In this document: positions 49,941 to 62,959 of the stretch, piece by piece
How positions within the stretch are numbered: the first letter of the stretch is position 1
How the letters are laid out: each line of letters opens with the position of its first letter
Assembly (NCBI RefSeq): GCF_035594765.1
Contig: NC_085843.1
Location: 211,707,971 to 211,771,970, forward strand
Direction of reading: 5' to 3'
Source: Anolis carolinensis
Lineage: Eukaryota
DNA length: 64,000 nt
Program-made: the position numbers and the translations under genes
Notes under the pieces: model-generated
What the model was told of the DNA's origin: nothing
Database searches by the model: none
Seen by the model: the letters and a program-made list of their open reading frames with translations, nothing else

Positions 49941-51268
49941 TATTACCATCATTATTTATACCCTGCCTTTCTTCCTGTGGGGACTTAAGGCGGCTAACAA
50001 TTCACACTAGACAAGTTTAAAAAGGACAATACAAAAGTTAAAAAAAAAAACAATTAAATAGTAACAGTTCAATAAAAACAGAATTACAATACAATTAATA
50101 CAATAAAATGCCTTTAAAAACTCATACATCCCCCAATCCCACCCAACTAGTAGTAATTGGTCCTTGCAAATAGCCACATACAGCTGTTGCTAGTGGTTTC
50201 CAAGAAAAAAGAAAGAATCTGATTACTCATAGTTACACCACCCAGTGCTCCCAAAGTTACATCCCTACACAGTAATCCTCTGCCTTGTCAGCACAGGAGA
50301 GTTGTTAATATGATTTCTTTCTCTCCTTCGCTGTTTCTGCCATGTTGAGGGAACCTACTGGTTATTCCTCTGAAACCCTAACTTTTCTGTTAGAAGAATC
50401 CCCTGCATAATTAACTAAAATGAAAACTTAGATATGGATAGGAAACCTTCTCTTTAGTTTGGAAAAAAAGTTATTTTATCATGTATTGTTTGGAACTTTT
50501 CTGCATTGCCCCAGAGAGAATCTTGTTACCTTTGACATCTGTACCACCTTCATTGTCTACCTTCAAAGAAGGACTAATCCAACCATATCTTGTATGCAGA
50601 CTGCCAGCTCCAGTTCCTATTTTCATATGATGTTTTGAGAAAAAAAAATATACACACATTCTTAAACTACTGGGAGAACTTTAGTGACAATGTCTAAGGT
50701 CCCTTGGGTTTCTTTACTTGACATCTTTAGACTGACTATACCATAAGTCAGTGCATGAACTTGTACAGCTCTTACATCCAAGCACTACTCTTGTAAAAAT
50801 TGTCAGTTGCTTGGACAAGGTTATGAGTTGGCAGTCCTTTATCTTCTCCTAAAAGAAAAGCAGCTCAGTTTCTTTTGTCCCCTTTTCTTTTGTATTATGT
50901 CCTTTCTTCTTCTGGGTATTTGAAAGCAGCAAAGAGAACTAATTTTGGTCATAAAAAAACTTGAAGGTTTTTACAACAGGAGGAAAAGTTCCACTTTGTA
51001 TGGTGGCTGCGATATTGCATAAATTCTTATAGGAAATAGTAAGCCTCAAAATATGTGAAGGATGGCAATCCAAAAACTATGAGATTTAAAATAAAGGTTT
51101 TGTTTGTTGAAGAAGCGCTAATAATCATTTGAAAAAGTTTACTATGGGAGGTATCTTTAAACTCAACTACAATTCCTTTTTACATTAGCAGCAAATTTGT
51201 ATCTTTCCTGAGGATATAAAATGCCACTATAGTCTTTTTGTGTTAGCACTAACTCTTACTCTTACTAG

Positions 51269-51551
51269 ACTCTGCCCTGATAAACAAGGCAGGAGCAAGC
51301 ACATCAACAAAGAAGGGCAACAGAAATCTGTTGACATACAAGGAGATAAGGTGTTTAAATATATACAAGACCACTTTGAAACTCGTGCCAAGGAATTTGC
51401 ACTATGTTCTCCTGCCTATCAATGTTTATCATCCTCCACTCTTGAGCAGGATCAAGATGAATTTCCAACTGAAAGCAAAGAGAAAGAACAGCCAGAGCCA
51501 AAAATGTGTGTGCCAAATGAATGTAATGCTGTCCCTTTTTACTATCACTAA
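51269..51551 (+). CDS. Candidate terminal exon (93 codons to TAA), unidentified
   Basis: Branch-point-like CACTAAC (51247-51253), acceptor tcttactcttactag, hydrophilic open frame, and AATAAA at 51554-51559. Confidence 0.25.
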
Positions 51552-53811
51552 ATAATAAAGACAAATGCCCTGGGGAGAATGCATCAGAAGATGATGAAGA
51601 ACCAAATATCTGGGATTTTCTAGTGGATGATATCTTTCGGTCCTTAGGATCACCTGCTCTGTTGTGGGTGGATGAAAAATGTTTTGTTCCTGTGATTTAT
51701 TTATGTTTGGTGCAGATGTTGATAACGACAAAAATGTTGCACAGTCTGAAATGTGTCCTGCAAACAGAGAAATAAAGGAGAGCATTCTACTGAGGAAACA
51801 AAATTTTCAGCTCATCTTCCAATCAAAACAGAAGGCCTGAGTCCCGAGCACCACTAGAAAAAGCACATAGCTAAAGTAGGGAACTCTCAGCTCAAGCCCT
51901 AGCTCCTTCTCCCCCCACCCTTTCCCCAAAGTAAAGTCGTAGTGAGATGAAAACAGAAGAAATAGAAGCCTCCAAGGTGTGATGAGGCTGGTAGATGTTG
52001 CTGGCCTTTTCTTTGGAATAACCATTACCAGCTGCTGTACTTTAATCTAACCAGTTCAGCTAAGGATATCCACTTGGGAGTCACCTGACTCTCTTGAGTA
52101 GATCAAGGAAAGCAACACTGATGGGTTGGGTAGCATGTGAAGCTGATGGTGGACAAACAGTGGCTGACTGTTTCAGCAAAAGTAATGCAAGCAAGACATA
52201 TGGAAAGGTGGATGGGAAGTAAGGGTATTCTGTCTCCAAAGCCTTCCTCTCCCTGTTTGTATCACCTGAGGGGAAAAAGCTTCACTCCAACTCAGAAGAA
52301 GCAGAGTAGAGGAGCATTCTCTATCTTTCTCTAATTCAGTAGTTGGGTAACAAGTTCACATTGATGAATTATTTTCCCTTAGATTTTTATAGCATTTAGA
52401 CATTTAAATGCATCTTTTGGAAACAATATCTGTCACTGCATTTTTCCCCTCTATGAAAGCCCAAACAGATCATTGGTTAGGTTTCTCAAAGTATGCAGTT
52501 TATGTTATATTTCAGGGGTCTTTAAATGAAAACTGATTTATTCTTTTATGGGTTCATTTATTAAAAACTAAAGCATTCAAAAAAACAAAAATACAAGTTC
52601 CCAGTGCATTTCATTTCATAAATAAATGAGACTATTAATTCAGAACTTTAAGAATAAGGCAAATTTTAGTCATAACCTTTGCCCAAAGGATTATGAACAA
52701 ATTATTTTCCGGGTTATCCTCAGAGTTAGCCCAAGAGATAAACTGCTGCCTGGTTCCTTGATCCAGGAATTAGGGAATAAAATATCCAATATTGGCTGCA
52801 TTATCTTGAGACACCTTTTGGAAACAATATCTGTCACTGCATGGAAACAACATCTGTCACTTTCAGACTGTGCATTTCAGACTGTCAAGGCAGAAAATCT
52901 CTTTTAGCAGAAAAATGCAAAACAAAAAACAACCCTACAGCCTTACAAGCATTAAAAACTAGTGTAAAAACTAGTTGCCTCAAAGCTAGTGCTTCACTCC
53001 AATTGATGGCATCCTACTAAGTAGGAATTTTACTGTAATTGCTGAGGTAAAATAGTCATTTATTGGACTCAGGGCTAAATAAAACAAATGCCAGTTTTCC
53101 AAAGGCACCCTGCTTGGTAAACTGGTTTATTTAATACTCATCTCTCCAGTTCTATGAACCCATGCTAGATAAAGGGCAAGGGAACCTTATCAGTCCAGAT
53201 TGACTACCAAGTACTACATTTTTATAAACTCATAGAAACTCACAAATATTGTATTTTGCACAAATCTATGAACCTGGGAAATTATTGGCACATTGTGTTA
53301 AATGAGCCAAGGGAATTAATATGGTTCCATTATTCAAGTGAAAGACAGGATTAGGTTTGAAGGAAAAGCAATGGTAAATTAATTAGTGAAGCATTACACA
53401 GAGTTTTTACCCCTCAAGCCATATTTCAAAGACCAAATTAAAAATGTACTTGATAAAATTCCCTTTATGAATGCAAGTGATGAAGACCACTAGGCAGGTC
53501 TCCTGGATACAAATTAGATCTGGAAACAATTTTAAAGAAGACAACTGGTGTTTCAAATTCTTGGCCATATGCTATTAAACCATGAGTATTCTAGCAATAT
53601 ATTGCAAAGCCAGAGCAAATAAACATCTGGATTTTTTTACAGTCCTCATATCTGTTATACTTTCATATTTTTCTCAAAATAATCATTAGAGGTTTTTTTT
53701 AATGTGCTTTCTTCCTGAGTTTCCACTGGGTAACCTTAAAGCTACAAAATTCTCCTTTTCAACAGAAAAGAGAGGACTGCCTTTTGTTGGGGATATCATC
53801 CAAGTAGTTTT

Positions 53812-55991
53812 TTTATATAATATAGTTTTTATTAAAACTTTTTATGAGTTACATTGGTGGCCCTATGGGAAAGTTGGGGAAGGGTTGTCCAAAGGAAAGG
53901 AAATGAGGGGCGAAATATGGGGTGAGGGGGGGGGTGAGAGGATGTGATAGTTCTGTAGCAAGTAATGGGGAGGGAAAGAAAGGGGAAAGGGGTTAGGGAA
54001 GGGTAATTTCTAATGGAAGGGGGGAGGGATGGATGACTTCCGATCTTTCTTCCAGTTTTCTGGTTTTCCTTTAAGCATAATTTTCTTTGAGATATTCTTC
54101 TAGGTCTGTCCAGTCCGTTTCTTTCATTTTGTTGTCCATGTTTTTTTTAACTAGAAAAGTTAATTTATCCATATCTCTTATCTCAATAATTTTATCTATC
54201 CACAGTTCTTTTGTAGGTGGTGTTTCTGTTTTCCAATACTTAGCTATTATAATCCTCGCAGCAGTGATGAAATAAGTGAAAAGTTTATCTTTATTTGCAT
54301 CTAAATTTTCTTTTGGGTCTGAGAGGCCTAATAAAAAAATTTCTGGTTTCAACTCTAATTTTAATTTTAATATTTTGTTACATTCTGTTTGTACTACTTT
54401 CCAATAGCTAATTAGCTTTTTGCATTTCCACCACATATGAAAGTAGGACCCTACTTGTTCCTTACACCTCCAGCAGTGGTTGTTCACATTTTTCCACATT
54501 AATCCTATTTTTTTTGGTGTCAAATACCACCTGTGAATTACTTTTAACCAATTTTCTTTGAGTTCTATCGCATATGTGTACTTCATTTTTTTCGTCCAAA
54601 TTGCTTCCCATTCTTCTAATTTTATTGGTCTGCCTATATTTTGTGCCCATTTTATCATCGAATTAGTAATCTCCACTTCTGCCGTTGCACATTCTAGCAA
54701 TTTTTTATATATGACTGATACAGTTTTGTTCTTTCTTTGGATCAGAATATCCCAAAAACTGTTTTCTGTTGTGAAACCATTTCGTGTGTCCATCTTGAAG
54801 GCTTCTTTGATTTGTATATATTGATACCATGAGACGTTTTTTATTAATTTCTTGTATTTCATTTAAGTCCTTAATTTGGGGTGATTTTTGAATTATACTC
54901 TCTTTTTTCAAAATTTCTTTATAGGTTGGCCATTCTGTCCACCCTAGAAGCCTCCTCTGATTGGCTTCTAGTGGGGATAGCCATAATGGTGTTTTTGTGT
55001 ATAAATAATTTTTATATTTTTTCCAAACTTTAATTAGAGATGACCTAATAAAATGGTTGCAATTTTTTTTTCCACATTTACTTTATTGTACCATAGATAA
55101 CCATGCCAGCCTCTGCGTAGGTCATGGCCTTCCAATGTTAGAATTTTAACTTTTTGGAGATTTGTCCAATCTTTCCAATCTAAGGCGCATGCCTCATGAT
55201 ACAATCTTAGATCTCGGAGTCCTAAACCCCCTTTATTTTTGGGGGTAATCATAGTACTATATTTGATCCTAGGTTTTTTGTTGTTCCATATAAATCTAGT
55301 TACATCCCTTTGCCATTCTTTAAATATTTTATTATTCCTTATTATAGGTATATTTTGAAAGAGGTACAGAATCTTTGGCAGGATGGTCATCTTTATTGTT
55401 GCTACCCGTCCTATTAATGATAAATTTAAATTTTTCCATGTATCCAAATCTTTCCTTATTTCCTTCCATTTTGTGATATAGTTTAATTCTAGTAATTGGT
55501 TATTTTTAGCTGAAATCCAGATCCCCAAATATTTTATTTTAGGGGAGGTTTCTAATCCTGATATTTCTTTTAATTCCTCCTTGCTATTTTTTGTCATATT
55601 TTTGTTAATATCTTTGTCTTTATTAATTTTAAGTCCTGCTAATTTTCCAAATTCCTCAATTTTATCCAACCACCTGTGAATGTTACATTTGGGGTCCTCA
55701 ATGATGCAGATTATATCATCCGCAAAGGCTCGGACCTTAAATTCTTGCCTGTCTATTTTTATTCCTTTTAAATTTTTGTCCTCCTTCAAATTACGAATTA
55801 ACACTTCTAACACAAAGATGAATATCAGAGGAGAGAGGGGGCAGCCTTGTCTTGTAACTTTACTTATTGAGAAGATTCCTGTCATTTGGCCGTTAACCCT
55901 AATTTTCGCTCTTTGATCATTGTATATTGCCTTAATACAATTTTGAAACTGCCACCCTATATCCATTTCCTGCAATAATATTTTAAAAAAT
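53812..55991 (-). mobile_element. L1-clade LINE, 5'-truncated, disrupted ORF2
   Basis: Motifs TRQGCPLSP, AFADD, IKYLG and the C-terminal CWRC-x7-H-x4-C knuckle; AATAAA plus short A tail; 14-bp TSD ATCCAAGTAGTTTT (53798-53811, 55992-56005). Confidence 0.93.
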
Positions 55992-56937
55992 ATCCAAGTA
56001 GTTTTAAAAGGAGGCACTAAGTAAAGAACTTTACTAGAAGTTTCCTTTTGTTCTTTATAATTTCAAACAGCTGTTGAATAAGAAATGTGTTAATTTACTT
56101 TCACCATTTGAATGTCTCATATTATTTGAATTGCTGGACAACCCCTACATCTTCTATGAGCTCTCCTACAACCACAAAAAATGGTGAGGAGAAATCTTTA
56201 CATTAATCAAATTAGGGAGATCCTCCATATTTCTCACAAGGCATAGTACCCTGACATGCCCACAGATTTGGCAGCAAAAGAAACGTTGTTAAAAGTTATT
56301 GGCGGCAAAAGTTGTTAAATGCTTCAAAGAAGTTATTCTGTTCTTTCCCAAAGAACTAAATTTCTGCTGTATATCAGCTTTTGACATGTTTAATTTGTTT
56401 TAACTTTTCATACGTGCTCATCAGTTTTCTCCTTTGGATAATGATAGGGATACATACTATAAAACCTTATTTTTCTTTTAGGACAAAAATAATATTTTGT
56501 TTCCCCATGGCCCTAAGTTTGGACAATTTATTTATCCGAATCTCGCTTTCATGTCCCACTAATAAATAACCACCTTGTATACAGTCTATTCTATTTGCTT
56601 TCTTCACCTACCTAACCAGCTTCATAAGGTTTACTTCCCATAGTTTGTATCCAGCATGTGACAAAAGCCTAGTTCCTTCCTTCCCTTATAATCAATGCCG
56701 TCTCCATTCTAAATTGCATTCATACTTGTTCTTCCTGCTCATTTTCTTTCAAGAGTGTTATTGTCAGTGATGTCTTGTATATGTACCATTATCAGAGCAC
56801 AGTCTTCCGTTAACTTTGATCCATTGATAAACTCAGATTTCATGACTGTAGTGCCAGGTACTTTGTGGGAGTCAAAGTACTTTGTGGGATTCTGAATTTT
56901 ATGGAAACTGACTGTCTAGGTATTGAAGGAAGTATGA

Positions 56938-57087
56938 GGATCTTTCCACGCAGCTGAATAAAATCCCACATTATCTGCTTCAAACTGGAATATATGGCAG
57001 TGTGGACTCAGATAACCCAGTTCAAAGCAAATATTGTGGGATTTTCTGCCGTGATATTCTGGGTTATATGGTTCTGTGGAAGAGCCT
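56938..57087. mobile_element. Harbinger-like MITE related to 33945-34071
   Basis: Shared aaaatcc...tctgct...aactgga...ccagttcaaag...ggatttt core; TGA on both flanks. Confidence 0.7.
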
Positions 57088-58419
57088 TGAGAAGGATCAG
57101 TCCCAGTATACAGTCATTTGAGCAATGTCATGATACAAATAATAAATAAATGAACAGTCTTTCCCCAGTGAGCTTCTGTGGGCTGTACACTGTTGGATGA
57201 TTGCCTCCTTTTGAACAGAACATCAGTGGTTTCTTTTTCTCTGCCACCTGGATCTTTTTGGTCAATACTGACTTATACCATATACTTGGGAATCCCACTT
57301 TGCTATCTCTACCAGGGACTGTTTCAGATGGAGACTATGAATCTTTGCCACCTTCTTTATCTTCAGCTGTTTTCATCAATCTCTCTGGCTATGCTCACTG
57401 GGGACTAGCATCCTCTTTCACCTTCAGAACATTTTCAGTTCTACTTCAGTCAGATTCTTTGCTCATTCATTTGGGTTGGAGATGAAAGTGCCACCTGCTC
57501 AAATCATGAATCCCATCTACAAAAGTGTCCATGAAAAGTCTTCCTCTGAGGTTGAGATTCCTGTGTAAGTCTCTTTATTGGAAGTCCACATTTTTGTGCT
57601 ATTCCTCTATGCTACTGGCATCAAGGAGAGTAGAGAATATTTATAAAGTAACTCAGCACAATTCCCTTTTTCTTTTCAAACACCTTGCTGCTATTTCTAT
57701 TACAGTCAAGACATCCCAAAGTGAAAATAAGGATAGGCCTCACACTATGCTTACTTATGAGGATGTCAGAACATTTGATGCTACTGTGAAGAAATGATAT
57801 TTAATGGCTCCATTGTTGCTTTGAATTGCAAATAACCAAGCATACATGAGGGCATATCAGCAGATTTTATGTGAGAGAAATTCATCCCCCTGGTGGAAAA
57901 AGTCTCCCAAAAGAAGATTACAAAGTTGTTCAGTCGTTCCATTGTAAAGTGAATAAACTGGCAAGCCAACAGATAGCAACTGCAAGGCATCACATTGATT
58001 ATGAAAAACTTAGACTGGAGCAATTGCATTCCTCAGGCACATGTGACTCTTTTAGTGCAGTAGTTCCCAGCCTTTGGTCCTCCAGGTGTTCTGAACTTCA
58101 GCTCCCACAATGGTTTTGTGAAATATCTGCCTTAAAATGTAACCACCTCCCCCTTAAATTTCACACAGATCAGATTACCATTTGTACATATTATCTTTGT
58201 GTTTCACATGTCAGGAAGTTGAGGTTACCTGTCTTCTACTCTTCTTTGGTCATATTGTAAGAGACAGCACTGCACTTCTAGATATGTGGAGGTCTCTGAC
58301 CTTTTACATAGCATGGAATACAATTCTCAAGAAATCTATGCCAGATTAGGAAAGGAAACGAGCAAAAGAGGTTATCTTTACTTTGAAGCCTCTCTAAAAG
58401 CTGGCTGGAATGTGTAAGC

Positions 58420-58878
58420 CAGGGGTCCCCAAACTACGGCCCAGGGGCCACATGCGGCCCATCGAAGCCATTTATCCGCCCCCCGCGGTGGTAGCTCCCT
58501 CCTCCTCTGCCGAGGAAGGTGCATGCAGCACGAGGGAGGAGGGAAAGGTGCGCACCTTTCCTACCTCCTCCCTCGCCCGGTGCGTGCCTCCCAAAGCTTT
58601 GCTTGTTTATAATGGTATTTTAATTATTATTTAATTAATTATTATTAACAACATTCAGGCTGGGTAGCGATCTGCCAGGGTGCTTTGCTAGTGCTTTTGG
58701 TGCACAAAGGCAGAAGGGGGTTGGACTAAATAGCACAGGGTGTCTTTTCCAACCCTCATTATTATTATTATTGACACAAAAACATAGTATAACACAGCAA
58801 ACAAGATATATATGCTGGATTTGGAATCACAAAATCACAAGTCGAACACTTCCCAAGCATTTAGGACTGTGTGATGTA

Positions 58879-58939
<61 letters not shown>

Positions 58940-59235
58940 AACATTCAGGCTGGGTAGCCATCTGCCAGGGTGCTTTGTTTGTGCTTTTGGTGCACAAAGG
59001 CAGAAGGGGGTTGAACTAAATGGCCCAAGGGGTCTCTTCCAACCCCCTTTATTATTTTTATGATGATGATGACGACAACGAATTATTATTATTAACATTA
59101 AGGCTGTATTTGTTCCCATGTGCAATGTGCATAGGAATTTGTTCATAGTTTTTTTAAAAAAACCTATAGTCTGGCCCTCCAATGGTCTGAGGGACCGTGA
59201 ACTGGCCCCCTTTTTAAAAAGTTTGGGGACCCCTG
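58420..59235. mobile_element. Composite non-autonomous hAT element
   Basis: Perfect 16-bp TIR CAGGGGTCCCCAAACT; perfect 8-bp TSD GTGTAAGC (58412-58419, 59236-59243). Confidence 0.93.
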
Positions 59236-59454
59236 GTGTAAGCTTTCATTCATTGTTTGGGTTGAAGCCTCATCAATCCCCCTTCAAGAACAAAGAAAAA
59301 CAAAGATATTAGCTAATTTCTTGAAAGAAGGAAGAAATGATACCTGCAAGTAAGAGAGAAGCAAAACACTTGAATACACAAACCAAAGAAAGATACTAAG
59401 AGTGAAACAGAAAGGACAGGCATTATCAATACTCATATGTATATACTTAGCACA

Positions 59455-59605
59455 TTGAGGTGGAAACTCCTTCCTTGGAGGCTTTTAAACAGAGGCTGGA
59501 TGCCATCTCTCATGGGTGCTTTGATTATGCTTTTCCTGCATGGCAGGGGGTTGGGTTGAATGACCCATGTGGTCTTTTCCAACTCTATTGTTCTATTATT
59601 CTTAT
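59455..59605 (+). mobile_element. CR1 3' end
   Basis: ctccttccttggaggcttttaaacagaggctggatg...ttccaactct. Confidence 0.8.
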
Positions 59606-59869
59606 TCATTTTGCCTCTTTCCTTCCAACCTTTGCCTGTAACTGTGGTTCTTCAAGTGATCCTCTGTAAACCCATACTACCTGACATCCTTCCTGCTATG
59701 TGTTACTTTCCCCCACACACCTGTTATCCTCATGCTGTGGGGAACTAAGGGAAAGGCAGTAGTGTGTGCAAACATGCAAGGTTCAAATGGGCTCATGCTA
59801 AAATGCTTAATTTAAGAAGCTTCCAACACACTCTGTGCAAGCTAAGAACAAACTTGTATAAACCATGTC

Positions 59870-60180
59870 ATTTAACATATACATGAAACCGCTGGAAAAG
59901 TTCATCCGGAGTTTTGGAGTACGGTGCCACATGTATGCAGATGACACCCAGATTTACTGTTCCTTTCCCACCTAATGTCAAGAAAGCTGTCCTGTTCCTA
60001 AACTAGTGCCTGTTATCAGTAATGGACTGGATGAGAGCAAACAAATTGAAATGTAATCCAGACAAGACAGAGGCATTCCTGGTCAGTCGGAAGGAAGACT
60101 AGGGAATAGGGATTCAGCCTGTGCTGGATGGGGGTTATATCCCCCTGAAGACACAGGTTTGCAGTTTGGGGGTCCTCCTG
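59870..60180 (+). mobile_element. L2 RT internal fragment with uninterrupted YADDTQ
   Basis: Homologous to 38950-39023 joined to 39911-40150. Confidence 0.85.
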
Positions 60181-60649
60181 AATAAGTAACAATTTTATGT
60201 GTTTTGAAACAATGAATAGACATGCAGGAGAGTTGTGACTTAATGCATTCAGATCTAATGTAATCCTGATATAAATCAATCCATCTATCTTTCCATTTGT
60301 AATCTCACCCCAGTACAAATTTGCCAGTACAAATTTGGTGTCTTGAATTTCTTAAAAATAATGACCAATTCTACTTCTGTGGAGTACAAGGAGAGTTGTA
60401 CAAATTCAGGCAGGTCAATTTCCATACAGAATTATTAAATTAATTTGTACTGATTGATGTCTTCAGAAAACTGTAAGATGGTGACAATATTTCAGTCATC
60501 ACTGCATGTTACGTTGTATGTGCATAAACAGAAGCATGTACTCTACACATCTTATGACTCTTTACAAGCTTCAAGTACTTAGGAAGTAGTGTGCTTATGT
60601 GTAGGCTTGCTCTGTGCTGCCTCAGCAGTTGGAGCTGGGTTTATTGGTT

Positions 60650-60875
60650 TTAACTTCCTGGAGTATAGATTTCAATTGAACATTAGAAGTATCTTCTTGA
60701 CAGTGAGAACAGTTTGACAATAGAACCAATTGCATGGGAAGATGACAATGCCACCTTCCCCAAATGTTTTCAGAAATAAGCTGAACAGCTATTTGCTGGA
60801 GATGCTCTGGCTGGATATCTTGCATTGAGCAGGAGGTTGGATTCGACAGCCCATCCAATTCTATGATTCTGTGAT
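60650..60875 (+). mobile_element. Old CR1 3' end
   Basis: gaacattagaag..tcttgacagtgagaacagtt...ccaattctatgattct. Confidence 0.7.
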
Positions 60876-62620
60876 GCAATTCTCAGCTCCAAAGTGTCCC
60901 AAAATGTTTCAAAATATGAATTTTTAGAAAATGCATTTTATCTAAATTTTTAAATGCACATTCATATACATTACATGTGGATTTTTAAAATTGCAGATCA
61001 ACACAGCATGGTCAAAATGGGGCAGAATGGAGTTTTGCAGGTCGACATAGGAAACATAGACTGGTAATCGTTTCTTTGCCAGCTTCTACTGACAGACATC
61101 ATAGACAGTCTTGTCTACACAAAGGCAAAACCTAAGCTGGAAAGAATTGTAACGTATTTATGGATGATCTTGAAATTTTATTCTCAGTATCTGGAGTCTG
61201 ACCCCTTTTTAGCTTTGTGGAATCATCATCAACCAAGCCATGGGGTTCTCTTCACCCAGAAACAGAGGGAAATGCCATGACTTGCTCAATCCACAAGCTT
61301 TGCTCAGAATAAGAAAAAAGGAAGCATAATAGAATTCTGTATATTTCTGATAAGATTAACCAGCACATTTAAGGTTAGTGCCAACTACACTATTTGTCAA
61401 TTTCAAGACGTGTTTCAATAATTTTGTATTGTAGTTAACTATCAGTGAATTGCATCCTAAACCCCCCTGAGGCAAGCTAGCTGCTATTAGCATTTGAATT
61501 GCTTTCTTGAGATGGACCAAACTTTAATTTTCAATTTCTTGATACTTCTGCATTCAAATTAGTCAAATGAATTAAAGATGAAATGTTAGTTGCTTAGTTT
61601 CTATAGTTACAAGAATCACATTTGTGCAGCCTAAAGACAAGGTAAGCTTGTGGGCTGATGCTTTGGTGGTCTGTGATATTAATACTCAGGTTGCAATATA
61701 AATTACAAGAGAGGTCATTTTTTTACAAAGCAGAGGAAGTATGATTAAGATCACAACATACAGGAAAGAAGAAGCTCTTTTCTTTCAACCTATGTATATA
61801 CTGTATGTATTGTATTTCCTAGAAAAGGGTATTGTGCTAAAGAGGGTATCCTTCTGCATTTTACAAGAAAAAGAAAAGCCAGTAATAAATTGGTGAGGAG
61901 AGTAACTTGAGGCTGAACCAGACATTACACTTAATGCTCTGCATGCAACCATATCTTCTCATTTTCCTTAACTAATTATAGGTGCAGCAGAGTAATCTTT
62001 CCCTAATTACAATGCACAAAGAGAGGCGCTTATTCATACTCTCTCCACCTTCATCAGATTAGAAATTGTTCCCATCATGTTAATAGTGTAAAAATAATGA
62101 AAGTCTTAGTAGTAAAACTACAACAACAACTTTGGCACAGTCTAAGTTTAGACATAGTATAGAGTTTGGTTCCCAGGCAACAATACAATAGCTATTTATC
62201 TTAAAGCTCCACTGAACAAGATGGGATTTTCTTTTATTAGTTTTTATTTATTGAATTTATATCCCACCTTTCTGCCAGAATGGGTTTGAGGCAACTTACA
62301 ATAACTGTAAAAGTTATCACTAGTGCAATCATTTTACAAAGGTTGAAAAGGAATTAAATATTTCTATCATTAAAACATGTTAAAAATAGTTAACACATTT
62401 CAAACATATTTTCAATAAAAGATTAAAACAGGATATGTCATGCGCTATTGCTCCATAGTTTTAAAAAAGTCAAAATCCTGCCTGAAAGTTGTCTTTTCCT
62501 GATGGAAAGAGAGCAAAGAAGGGTGAATTTGCTGAAGGACAATATGATTAGTCATATTTTTTTCATTATAGTCCACATTTTTTTCAGCAGACAGACAGTG
62601 GGTCACTGTTGTGTGAGTTA

Positions 62621-62959
62621 GGGTAAAGATAAAGGTAAAGGTTTTTCCCTAACATTAAGTCTAGTCGTGTCTGACTCTGGGGGTTGGTCTCATCTCAATT
62701 TCTAAGCAGAAGAGTTGGTGTTGTCCGTAGATTCCTCCAAGGTTAAGTGGCCGGCGTGACTGCATGGAGCGCTGTTACCTTCCTGCTGGAGCAGTACCTA
62801 TTGATTTACTCACATTGCATGTTTTCGAACTGCTAGGTTGGCAGAAGCTGGGGCTAACAACAGGAACTCACCCCCGCTCCCCAGATTTGAACCACAAACA
62901 TTTCAGTCAGCAAGTTCAACAGCTCAGCAGTTTAATCCGCTGTGCCACTGGGGGCTCCA
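62621..62959 (-). mobile_element. Sauria SINE
   Basis: Antisense of 4136-4460; TSD TTGTGTGAGTTA (62609-62620, 62960-62971). Confidence 0.92.

Noticed and set aside
54071-56017. 263-aa and 327-aa ORFs as functional genes
   Set aside because: Frame-disrupted ORF2 of a 5'-truncated L1. The start of the 327-aa ORF lies in flanking DNA beyond the TSD.
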